A stretch of 53,036 bases of DNA from Bacteroidota bacterium (GCA_005799065.1 SYHW01000025.1:1-53036); one strand, 5' to 3'; counted from the stretch's first letter, positions 32,740 to 41,517 are shown. Notes: generated by a model not told the origin, from the sequence alone. Numbers and translations are program-made.

Positions 32740-33156
32740 TGGCGGCGCTCGGCCGGCCCATGAATTTACTGAAGCACCGCAAAGAACAAAGATGGGCTCA
32801 GGCAAGCCAATTCGCCGATTCGGTGGAGGAACCCAGCGGAGTTGCGGCAAGTATTCGACCGACCACATGCCAAGCCACAGGTCCACACCATGGTTGTTGC
32901 GGTTTACCTTACAATTTACCTTACAAGGTATTACGGATTCAGCAAAATGCACCGCTTCCGGTGTGTGATACCATTCCAGGTGATGCACGCCGAGATCCAG
33001 AGACAGTCCACCCACGAGCTTCGCCCATGCTTCAGTTGTTTCCTGATCACAAAAATGTTCCGCATTCGAATGCTGTTCATGGTGGTGGGGCACCATCTGA
33101 TGCACCATCAAGAACAGAAGAGCTGCAGTCAACCAAAAGGAACGAACAAGGCGCAT
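32731..33156 (-). CDS. His-rich membrane-targeted upstream ORF with C-terminal RAPP motif (candidate metal-sensing arrest peptide)
   Basis: Hydrophobic N-terminus, VPHHHEQH, DLGVHHLEWYH, CKVNC and terminal GRAPPVA*. Has its own promoter and directly precedes czcA. Confidence 0.78.
   Translation of the reverse strand: MRLVRSFWLTAALLFLMVHQMVPHHHEQHSNAEHFCDQETTEAWAKLVGGLSLDLGVHHLEWYHTPEAVHFAESVIPCKVNCKVNRNNHGVDLWLGMWSVEYLPQLRWVPPPNRRIGLPEPIFVLCGASVNSWAGRAPPVA
32903..32926. repeat. 12-bp tandem duplication in the uORF
   Basis: TTTACCTTACAA twice; encodes CKVN-CKVN on the minus strand. Confidence 0.9.
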
Positions 33157-33176
33157 GTCAGGGTAAAAGCAAGTTT

Positions 33177-33208
33177 CAAAAATACTTGATTAATTTCAAG
33201 AGACCAAA
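33177..33208 (-). promoter_or_regulatory. Complete Bacteroidota promoter TTTG-N20-TATTTTTG upstream of uORF-czc
   Basis: -33 TTTG at 33205-33208 and -7 at 33177-33184, 20 nt upstream of ATG 33156. The spacer contains CTTGA-N6-TCAAG. Confidence 0.72.
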
Positions 33209-33217
33209 ACACCCCAT

Positions 33218-34354
33218 TCAAGGTACACGCACCGCTTGAAGTGCACAGTGGTAGGCTTCCTCATAAAGCGGGAGGATTCGGTGGATATCGAAACGTTCCG
33301 CCTGCTTCCGTGCAGCCAGGCGGAATGCTTGCAGTAGTGCATCATCATGAAGCAAGCGCATGGCGGCTTGAGCCATGCCCTGAACATCATCAGCATCGGT
33401 CAGGAAGCCCGTCACGCCATCCACATTCACTTCGGGTAGCCCCCCAGACCGGCTACTCACCACCGGCACGCCACAGGCTAGCGCCTCCAAAGCGGCTAGT
33501 CCGAAACTTTCAGTCTCAGAAGGCAGGAGGAATAAGTCACCCGCAGATAGGATCTCCTCAACGGCCTCCTGCTTGCCTAAAAAGCGGACATCGGAAGCAA
33601 TTCCGAGCTCGCGACACAATTGCTCGCACCGCGGCCGTTCCGGACCGTCGCCCACCAAGAGCAGGCATGCCGATATTTTTTCCCTGATCAAAGCAAAGAC
33701 ACGAATAACCGAGTCAACCCTTTTCACCTTACGAAAATTCGAGATGTGAATAAGCCGTTTCTGATTTTCACCCGCCAAGGCTAAGGTAAAACGGCATGGA
33801 TTTCGTTGCTTGAACCGCTCCAAATCAATAAAATTGGGGATCACCTGTATGGGCTTTTCCACGTGAAAATGTTCCAGGGTATCGCGACGCAGAGACTCCG
33901 AAACAGCCGTCACCCCATCACTCAGGTTTATAGCGTGACTCACCACCGGTTCATAGCCCGGGTCTTTACCCACAAGCGTCACATCGGTGCCGTGGAGGGT
34001 GGTAACCACCGCCAATCGGATTCCCTCGCGTTGGAGGATGTCGCGCGCTAGAAGGGCCGCGGTGGCATGGGGAATGGCATAATGCACATGCACCAATTCA
34101 ATGCCTTCGTGCCGCACCACATCCACCAATTTACCAGTCAAAGCCAATAAATACGGACTATGTTCGAAGACAGGGTAGTGCAGCATGGCGACCTCATGGT
34201 AATGAACACGCTCATTCAATAAATCGAGGCGTGCGGGTTGTGACGAACTCACAAAATGTACTTCATGACCCTTTTGGGCCAAGCCCAAGCCCAATTCGGT
34301 GGCCACCACGCCACTGCCTCCATAGGTCGGGTAACAAACCACAGCGATTTTCAT
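33218..34354 (-). CDS. bshA: N-acetyl-alpha-D-glucosaminyl L-malate synthase (bacillithiol biosynthesis)
   Basis: CYPTYGGSGVVATELG, HVHYAIPHA, TTLHGTD, HISNFRKVKR and ESFGLAALEA motifs. Confidence 0.95.
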   Translation of the reverse strand: MKIAVVCYPTYGGSGVVATELGLGLAQKGHEVHFVSSSQPARLDLLNERVHYHEVAMLHYPVFEHSPYLLALTGKLVDVVRHEGIELVHVHYAIPHATAALLARDILQREGIRLAVVTTLHGTDVTLVGKDPGYEPVVSHAINLSDGVTAVSESLRRDTLEHFHVEKPIQVIPNFIDLERFKQRNPCRFTLALAGENQKRLIHISNFRKVKRVDSVIRVFALIREKISACLLLVGDGPERPRCEQLCRELGIASDVRFLGKQEAVEEILSAGDLFLLPSETESFGLAALEALACGVPVVSSRSGGLPEVNVDGVTGFLTDADDVQGMAQAAMRLLHDDALLQAFRLAARKQAERFDIHRILPLYEEAYHCALQAVRVP

Positions 34355-34388
34355 GCAGGTGTCGGTTGATGCGAGCAGATGGGTTTAT

Positions 34389-34787
34389 TCAATCTCGTGT
34401 TTTCACGGCCCGCTGTGCTCCATCGGGCGCCCAAGCCGTAATAGGGCAGCTCCAGGCTTGTGCTGGCTCTGAAAGCCAACTCTTGGTTTGTTTCCATACG
34501 TCCCTAAACAACGAAGAGGTGCGGTAAGTTTCGAGGTCCTCCGGCCGATCCCATCCACTGATGGTAAAAAATGTGTCGCCGCAACGCAACAAATAAACAA
34601 AACGGCATCCCATATGACCGGCAATGCGCCCTTTATTTTCTTCGAAGAGCAACACAAAACGATCGATGCAGTCCGTACGAAAGGTCATGCGCACTACGCG
34701 CACAAAAGCCTGATCTGTGCCAGAGCAAGACGGTGCCATTTGCCCGAGAGCCTGCTTCAGAGAATTCAAGGGGATCAACGGCTCCAT
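34389..34787 (-). CDS. ABM-family (putative quinol monooxygenase) protein
   Basis: FVRVVRMTF...GC...FFTISGW...LETYRTSSLF..VW...K..AWS pattern. Start uncertain. Confidence 0.8.
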   Translation of the reverse strand: MEPLIPLNSLKQALGQMAPSCSGTDQAFVRVVRMTFRTDCIDRFVLLFEENKGRIAGHMGCRFVYLLRCGDTFFTISGWDRPEDLETYRTSSLFRDVWKQTKSWLSEPAQAWSCPITAWAPDGAQRAVKTRD

Positions 34788-35581
34788 TTTTCAATAAATA
34801 ACGCATCATCAACCTTCATTCCCAAGAGTGAAGCAGCCTTTCCGCAACGAATACCCAAATGCAGTAGATTGTCGAAGCCGAAATAGCAGGCCACTGCTCC
34901 AGGCTCTACCTCATCTACACTACTCGACAGGGAGCGCACGGTCTCCGCATCGCTGTAGGTTTTTTTAAGCAAAATTTGCCATGCATCCCCCGGTTCTAAA
35001 AACCGCTTAAACAAAGCTTGGTCAACATTGGTGATGAGGTTCTCGTAGCTGTCTACATGCACCACCTGAGCCTGAAGAATATGATCGCGTACAAAAGGGG
35101 TGGGCACCAAATGCATGAACACATCGCTGCTGGGTTTGCCCAAACCTTCCTGCACATCCGAAGCATCACGAAGCCCCGCTAAACAAGGCAGAACCTCAGT
35201 TAACATTTTAAAAGAACTACCACTCACGCTACCGCCCTCCGGCATCCTGTAGAAGGTGCTGGGCACCCCTAGGGTAATGAGGCTTGCAACGCCGTTGTCG
35301 GGAACCACAAAATAATGCCCTTCAAAAATAAAAAACAGATGGTCTGATGCTGTAAAACGCGATGAAGAAACATCCAATAGGTGAAGCGACCCGGGCGGAA
35401 AAAAGCGAAACGAAGAACGCAAAACATAGGCGGCCTGTCGTATGTCATATTTTCGGATATTGTGGCTCACCTCGGCGATCGTCAACTGTGGGAACACATA
35501 CTTCAATTGTGCATTCAATACCGATGCAAAGGCATCTGAGTTGCCGTAGTCGGTCGTGAGGGTGATACATGAAAACTCCAT
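34775..35581 (-). CDS. DUF62 / SAM hydrolase-halogenase family protein
   Basis: ITLTTDYG, FPPGSLHL, VVPDNG, VDSYENLITN and AASLLG motifs. Start moved to ATG 35581 because a -7 box (TAGTTTTG) sits at 35602-35609. Confidence 0.87.
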   Translation of the reverse strand: MEFSCITLTTDYGNSDAFASVLNAQLKYVFPQLTIAEVSHNIRKYDIRQAAYVLRSSFRFFPPGSLHLLDVSSSRFTASDHLFFIFEGHYFVVPDNGVASLITLGVPSTFYRMPEGGSVSGSSFKMLTEVLPCLAGLRDASDVQEGLGKPSSDVFMHLVPTPFVRDHILQAQVVHVDSYENLITNVDQALFKRFLEPGDAWQILLKKTYSDAETVRSLSSSVDEVEPGAVACYFGFDNLLHLGIRCGKAASLLGMKVDDALFIEKWSR

Positions 35582-35625
35582 GGATGATTCTTCCTGCGCC
35601 ACAAAACTATCAATAATCGCGGTCG

Positions 35626-36624
35626 TTGACTGATCATATTTTTCAATTGGGCGAAATTTCGCCCTTGTCCTTTTTTGGGACCGATAACCTGCGGCTCAAC
35701 AGCTTGCGCTCTGCCTTTCCGCGATTGCGCATTACAGCACGTGGGGATGCGTTGGTGGTAGCCGGCGATGATGAGGAAATCGATCGTTTTCAGGAGCAAT
35801 TTGAACGCGTCCTGTCCGCATTGTCGCGCCGGGGTGAGCTCAGTCAACGCGAGTTCGCCCAATTGTTGTTGTCTGCCGACCCCATTCCCGCCATACAGAC
35901 CCATTCAGATTCCGTGTTGTTGCACGGCCCCAATGGCTTGGTGGTGCGGGCCCGTACCCCCAACCAATTGCGCATGGTGCAGTTGTCGTCGCGCAATGAC
36001 ATCCTCTTCGCTGTCGGACCGGCGGGTTCAGGCAAGACCTACACGGCTGTCGCGCTGGCAGTACGGGCGCTCAAAGACAAAGAGGTTCGAAAGATCATCC
36101 TCACCCGCCCGGCCGTTGAGGCCGGTGAGAGTTTGGGATTTTTACCCGGCGATTTGCGCGAAAAAATCGATCCCTACTTGCGGCCGCTCTATGATGCACT
36201 GGGCGATATGATACCGGCGCACCGTCTCGAGAAATACCTGGAAGAACAAATCATCGAAGTGGCCCCTTTGGCCTTTATGCGGGGTCGAACCCTCGATAAA
36301 GCATTTGTGATCCTCGATGAGGCCCAGAACTGCACGGAGATGCAGATCAAAATGTTTCTCACACGGATGGGTCCATCGGCCAAATTCATCATCACCGGTG
36401 ATCTCACCCAGATTGACCTGCCCCCCAGGCAACGGTCGGGTTTGCCCCAGGCCTTGCACTTATTGGAGGGTGTAAAGGGTATAGCCCAAGTGTTCTTAAG
36501 TGCCGATGATGTCGTCAGGCATCCGTTGGTTCGTACCATTGTTGAGGCATATGGACGGCATGATGAAGCACGGCAAAGGCGAGCGGCAGATCGGGAACAG
36601 GGTATGGATCGTGCTGAAACCTAA
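35626..36624 (+). CDS. phoH: PhoH-family ATPase
   Basis: GPAGSGKT, TRPAVEAGE.LGFLPG, PLAFMRGRT, LDEAQN, TGDLTQIDLP and DVVRHPLV motifs. Confidence 0.94.
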   Translation: MTDHIFQLGEISPLSFFGTDNLRLNSLRSAFPRLRITARGDALVVAGDDEEIDRFQEQFERVLSALSRRGELSQREFAQLLLSADPIPAIQTHSDSVLLHGPNGLVVRARTPNQLRMVQLSSRNDILFAVGPAGSGKTYTAVALAVRALKDKEVRKIILTRPAVEAGESLGFLPGDLREKIDPYLRPLYDALGDMIPAHRLEKYLEEQIIEVAPLAFMRGRTLDKAFVILDEAQNCTEMQIKMFLTRMGPSAKFIITGDLTQIDLPPRQRSGLPQALHLLEGVKGIAQVFLSADDVVRHPLVRTIVEAYGRHDEARQRRAADREQGMDRAET

Positions 36625-36664
36625 ATGCCTCATATAACTAAACCCTAATGATTTAAATAGGAGT

Positions 36665-37609
36665 ATGGACGAAACCCCCATTCAATTGCCCGGACAAACA
36701 GGATTTTACAGGGGAAAGGTGCGCGACGTTTATTATATCGGTGATCGGCACCTCGTGATGGTGGCCTCCAACCGAATTTCGGCATTCGATGTGGTGCTGC
36801 CCCGTCCCATTCCATACAAAGGTCAAGTGCTGAACCAGATTGCGGCCCATTTCTTGCAGTCGACCGCTTCCATAGTGCCCAATTGGCTCGTTGAAACACC
36901 TGCGCCTATGGTATCGGTCGGGCTGAAAGCAGCGCCAGTGCCGGTAGAAATGGTGGTACGCGGCTATTTATCCGGCCATGCCTGGCGTCAATACGATGCG
37001 GGTGAACGCCAAATTTGTGGGGTGGCCTTGCCCAACGGATTAAGGGCTTCCGATCCCCTTCCCGAGCCCATCATCACGCCAACCACCAAAGCCAAGGAAG
37101 GTCACGATCAAGACATATCCCGCGAAGAGATTATAGGGGGTGGGCTCGTTCCTGTGGAGATTTATCAACAAATGGAGCGATACAGCCTCAGTCTTTATGC
37201 GGCTGGAACGCGCATGGCAGCCGAAAGGGGGCTTATTTTAGTGGACACGAAGTATGAATTTGGCCTGGTCGATGGGCGTGTATTACTGATGGACGAGGTA
37301 CATACACCCGATTCATCGCGCTTTTTTGTAGCCTCTGGATATGCAGACCGTCAAGCGCAAGGAATCCCCCAGGAACAGCTTTCTAAAGAATTTGTGCGTC
37401 AATGGTTGATTGCCCATGGATTTCAAGGGAGACCCGGTGAAGTGGTTCCTGAAATGTCCGATGAGTGGGTTCAGGAGATTGGCGAACGGTATATATCACT
37501 CTATGAAAGCATCACCGGCCAGCGCTTTATGCGGGCTGAGCATGGGGGCTTTACTGGCGAGAACCGGGCGCAAACGATCAAATGCCTGAACGCATTGGGG
37601 TATCATTGA
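36665..37609 (+). CDS. purC: SAICAR synthetase
   Basis: YRGKVRDVY, RISAFDV, VEMVVRGY, TPTTKA, LVDTKYEFG, DEVHTPDSSRF and LSKEFVRQW motifs. Confidence 0.96.
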   Translation: MDETPIQLPGQTGFYRGKVRDVYYIGDRHLVMVASNRISAFDVVLPRPIPYKGQVLNQIAAHFLQSTASIVPNWLVETPAPMVSVGLKAAPVPVEMVVRGYLSGHAWRQYDAGERQICGVALPNGLRASDPLPEPIITPTTKAKEGHDQDISREEIIGGGLVPVEIYQQMERYSLSLYAAGTRMAAERGLILVDTKYEFGLVDGRVLLMDEVHTPDSSRFFVASGYADRQAQGIPQEQLSKEFVRQWLIAHGFQGRPGEVVPEMSDEWVQEIGERYISLYESITGQRFMRAEHGGFTGENRAQTIKCLNALGYH

Positions 37610-37683
37610 TGCCGAATAGTGCTGTAATTCAGGAGGTTATTCGTTTGCTTAAATGGGTTGATTTGGCTATTTTCGCCTGATGA

Positions 37684-38067
37684 GTGCTTCCCAGCCTGGT
37701 AAACAAAAAAATGAGTAATCCTATGAAAATTCGGGTCGATAAATATGATGCTTTTGTGGAAATTAAGTTGGAGGAGGAGCGATTAGACTCTTCTGTCTCA
37801 CCCCGTTTTAAATCGGATCTGGTGATGTTGCATTCCGAGGGATGTGTGAATATGTTGTTGGATCTGTCGGCCGTTTCTTACATTGACTCTTCAGGCTTAA
37901 GCGCCTTGCTCGTGGCCAATCGATTGTGTGCGGGTTCGGGGGGTAAGGTGGTCCTCACAGGACTCACACCCTTTGTAACTGGATTGCTTCAGATATCTCG
38001 CTTAGATACCCTGTTACAGGTGGCTCCTGAATTGGCATTGGGGCGACTCGGATTTCAAAGTGCCTAG
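37684..38067 (+). CDS. STAS-domain anti-sigma factor antagonist
   Basis: LDLSAVSYIDSSGLSALL motif. True start is probably ATG 37711 or 37723. Confidence 0.88.
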   Translation: MLPSLVNKKMSNPMKIRVDKYDAFVEIKLEEERLDSSVSPRFKSDLVMLHSEGCVNMLLDLSAVSYIDSSGLSALLVANRLCAGSGGKVVLTGLTPFVTGLLQISRLDTLLQVAPELALGRLGFQSA

Positions 38068-38183
38068 CAAAATTGATTTAACCCATCCCCCCTGTCGTTC
38101 CTTTTTTTTCGTTATATTCGCATTCCTAACTCGATTTTCTCACGCTAAACATCCGTATTTCATTTTCACTAACTTTTTTTCTT

Positions 38184-41100
38184 ATGTTCAAAAAAATAAA
38201 TGTACTTCTTATCCTGTCTATTGGTCTTTTGGGTTTTAGCGGTACACTTCGTGCTCAGGCTCCTGTTTTGGCTCTAGGCTCAGTCTCTGGTTGTATTGGC
38301 GATACGGTAAACATTCCGATAAATGTCACCAATTTCACGAACATCAGTGCGGTTTCTCTTGAAATGAATTTCGATTCCTCTGCACTGCGTTATGTGGGAT
38401 TTAACAATTCCGCACTAACAGGAAACCTGATTGTGAACAACCCGAGCACAGGAGGTGTCTCACAGGGTAGGTTATTAGTTTCGTGGTTCAGTCTTACACC
38501 TGCTGTCATTGGCAGCGGTAGTGGTCTAATGATGAATCTTCGATTTGTTGTTCAGTCGGCGCCACCTCGGTCAATTAACTTTAATCTTGCCATTGCAGGA
38601 CAATGTGAACTAGCTGATGTGAATGGAGATGTAATAGCTGGCGTTTTATTTACCAATGGTGGCGTAACGGCTCCTACATCCGTGGCCAGTATCACATCTC
38701 AACCCCAAAGCACTCAGTCTATTGCTTCGGGTTCAAATGCAACATTCAGTGTAGTAGCCAATAATGCCGTCGCATATCAATGGCAGCAATGGACATCAGG
38801 ACAGTGGAATAACATGACATCGTCCTCTACATTTTCAGGAGTGACTTCTAGCGTACTTCAGATTAGTTCGGCCACTCCCGCCCTCAATGGCGCTGTTTTT
38901 AGGGTGGGTGTTCAAGGAGGTTGCCCTGCATTCGTCTTTTCAAATCCTTGTACACTTACTGTTACCCAAGCGGGCAATGTTAATTTGTCTATAGGTACGG
39001 TGGTGGGTTGCCCAGCTGATACTGTGGATGTACCAGTCTCAATTTCTGCTTCTGTTTCTAATGTTGGTGGCCTAAATCTTGGTATAGTATATCCAGCTGG
39101 TCTAACTTTTGTGGGTGTTTCTAATAGGGCATCTGCTCTATCGAGTTTGACCGCAACTTCTGCCTCTCCAGGTTTGGTTAATGCAGCATGGAGTAACGCC
39201 AGCGGCGCTACATTAACGGGCACCTTGTTTAACTTACGTTTCTTTGTCAATAGTTCTTCAAATGCATCGATTAGTTGGGATTTCAACGGAAGTTCTGTAA
39301 CTCAGGTGGGGGGTTCACCGATTACTGCTGCTTTTCTGCCTGGGCAAATCAATAACAATGGTGCGGTCATTACGCAACAGCCTAGTGGCAATAACTTGCT
39401 TCAGCCAGGCGGTAGTACGAGCTTTTCGGCAGCGGCCACAGCCGCTCCAAGCGCTGGTGCTGTATCGTACCTATGGCAAACTAACCTAGGGGGTATTTGG
39501 ACTAACTTAGCCAATGGAGCTCTTTATTCTGGGGTTCAAACAGCCACGTTAAACATATCGAATGCAACGGTGGCACTCAACGCTTCAGAATATCGTGTTG
39601 TCATACGCACAGCAACATGCACATCAGGGGTCAATAGCCAGAGTATAACTTTATCGGTTCAAGCGCCCGCTTTGAGTATATTGAATGCCTCTGGATGCGC
39701 AGGAGATACGATATCTGTGAATTTTAACAACTCGGTTTTGGTGGGAATCAATGACATAGATATTCATGCTCGATATAACACCCAACAACTAAGATTCGTT
39801 GGATTTGCTGGACTGAATAGTCAGTTGGCCAGTGCTACGAGTACAGGAACTAATGGGGTGATTATCCTTTCATGGAGTGGTTTTTCCTCTATTAATCTTT
39901 CACCCGGGGTTTTGTTTCAAGCTCGGTTCATTGCCATTTCATCCGGAACGGTTTCATTCACCGATTCACTAACCTCCGTAACGGGTTCCGCTGGCAGTTT
40001 CCTTCCAGCGCTGACCAATGGTTCAGTTACAGTTTCGGGTGTACAGGCACAATTATCCCAGGGTGATACTGCCTACGTTTGTTCAGGAGCTGCCATTTTG
40101 TTGCAGGCCAACACGGTTAGTGGGATTTCGTATGAGTGGTTTAAAGATGGAATAGCCCAGTCTAACAATACATCTTCTTTATCCGTTGTATTGCCCGGTT
40201 TGTATGTAGTGCGCGTAACGGCGATAGGAAGTACTTGTTCTCCTACTACTGATACGGTACGGGTGCTATCCTCTTCAGCGCCAGTGGCAGGCTTAACAGC
40301 GGGTGGACCAACAACTTTCTGCGCGGGTGGATCCGTTACTTTGTCTGCTAATCCAACGGGTGCCGGTTTTACCTTTCAATGGTTGTTGAACGGCAATGTC
40401 GTGGCTGGAGCAACATCTGCTAACTATGCGGCATCGGCTGCAGGCGCCTATCGTGTGGTGGTCACCAACCTCGGTGGTTGCCGCGATACGTCCTCCATTG
40501 TTTCCTTAAGCGTTCAAGCCCTCCCGGGTGCAGCCATTACTGTGGGTGGACCTACATCATTCTGTGATGGAGGTAGTGTTACGCTTACCGCTACAAGTGG
40601 TGCTAATTTCCAGTATCGTTGGTTGCGTAATGGTGCATACTTTGGAGTAGTAACCCCAACATATGCTGCGAACCAGAGCGGTGTTTATCGTGTTCGGATT
40701 GAGAACACGGCGACAGGTTGTTTCGATACATCAACAGCCATTACTGTTAATGTTAACGCTTTGCCCAATGTAGTGTACGCATCTTCGGGTGCGCTGACGT
40801 TTTGTTCGGGTGATTCGGTTGTGTTTACTACGCAGCCTGGTCCACAAGGCACTCAACGCCAGTGGTTGCGCAACAATCTGCCTGTGGCGGGTGCAACAGG
40901 TCTCACTTTTGTGGCGCGTACGGCCGGTGATTATTCATTGCGCGTGTTCTTCGTGCCAACGGGTTGTGTAGATACGAGTAATGTGTCCACAGTTGTCGTA
41001 AATTCAGCACCACCACGCCCAACCATCACGGTGTCAAATACCCGCGATACATTGTTCTCTTCTGCGGCCACGAATAATCAGTGGTATAAGAATGGAGCAC

Positions 41101-41498
41101 TCATTCCTGGTGCAACGAACCCGACACTGGTACTAACCGGTGCTGGCCTGGGCAATGGTGTATATGCAGTTCGCGTGATTGAAAGCGGATGCAGTTCAGA
41201 TTCATCCAACAACCTCAACATCACCAATGTTTCAGCGTCTGCGTTGAGTGTAGGATCATTAAAGGTGTATCCTAATCCCACAAATGCTCAGGTGCGGATT
41301 TCAGTAGAAGGATTAAACCAAAACGGTGTTTATGTATCCATTCGCAATGCGGTTGGTCAGGTAGTTTGGAATGAGTTCTTTACAAACGGGCAAACTGAGG
41401 CAGCGCTTGATCTTGGTCATCTTCCATCGGGCGTTTATCTCGTAGAAGCGGGCAACGAATCGAATATGTTGATTGAGCGATTGATGATTAAGCGTTAG
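38184..41498 (+). CDS. T9SS type-A cargo surface protein with three cohesin-like domains and multiple Ig-like repeats
   Basis: Signal peptide (LRA-Q); three GC.GDTV/I...L.FVG...W....LF..RF units; ITxQP...YQWQ Ig units; TFC.G.SV...W..NG repeats; C-terminal domain VYPNPT...GVYLV...LMIKR. Confidence 0.85.
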   Translation: MFKKINVLLILSIGLLGFSGTLRAQAPVLALGSVSGCIGDTVNIPINVTNFTNISAVSLEMNFDSSALRYVGFNNSALTGNLIVNNPSTGGVSQGRLLVSWFSLTPAVIGSGSGLMMNLRFVVQSAPPRSINFNLAIAGQCELADVNGDVIAGVLFTNGGVTAPTSVASITSQPQSTQSIASGSNATFSVVANNAVAYQWQQWTSGQWNNMTSSSTFSGVTSSVLQISSATPALNGAVFRVGVQGGCPAFVFSNPCTLTVTQAGNVNLSIGTVVGCPADTVDVPVSISASVSNVGGLNLGIVYPAGLTFVGVSNRASALSSLTATSASPGLVNAAWSNASGATLTGTLFNLRFFVNSSSNASISWDFNGSSVTQVGGSPITAAFLPGQINNNGAVITQQPSGNNLLQPGGSTSFSAAATAAPSAGAVSYLWQTNLGGIWTNLANGALYSGVQTATLNISNATVALNASEYRVVIRTATCTSGVNSQSITLSVQAPALSILNASGCAGDTISVNFNNSVLVGINDIDIHARYNTQQLRFVGFAGLNSQLASATSTGTNGVIILSWSGFSSINLSPGVLFQARFIAISSGTVSFTDSLTSVTGSAGSFLPALTNGSVTVSGVQAQLSQGDTAYVCSGAAILLQANTVSGISYEWFKDGIAQSNNTSSLSVVLPGLYVVRVTAIGSTCSPTTDTVRVLSSSAPVAGLTAGGPTTFCAGGSVTLSANPTGAGFTFQWLLNGNVVAGATSANYAASAAGAYRVVVTNLGGCRDTSSIVSLSVQALPGAAITVGGPTSFCDGGSVTLTATSGANFQYRWLRNGAYFGVVTPTYAANQSGVYRVRIENTATGCFDTSTAITVNVNALPNVVYASSGALTFCSGDSVVFTTQPGPQGTQRQWLRNNLPVAGATGLTFVARTAGDYSLRVFFVPTGCVDTSNVSTVVVNSAPPRPTITVSNTRDTLFSSAATNNQWYKNGALIPGATNPTLVLTGAGLGNGVYAVRVIESGCSSDSSNNLNITNVSASALSVGSLKVYPNPTNAQVRISVEGLNQNGVYVSIRNAVGQVVWNEFFTNGQTEAALDLGHLPSGVYLVEAGNESNMLIERLMIKR

Positions 41499-41517
41499 TC
41501 CTGAGGATTAAGCGTTA
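41486..41517. repeat. 12-bp direct repeat (period 20) overlapping the T9SS cargo stop codon
   Basis: GATTAAGCGTTA at 41486-41497 and 41506-41517, followed by a degenerate partial copy. Confidence 0.8.

Noticed and set aside
32634-33239. 201-aa plus-strand ORF and other ORFs overlapping the uORF
   Set aside because: No recognisable motifs. The minus-strand 141-aa ORF has the promoter, signal sequence and operon orientation.
38610-38635. DVNGD as a dockerin calcium-binding loop
   Set aside because: Single occurrence inside the last strands of cohesin-like domain 1, without the duplicated dockerin repeat.
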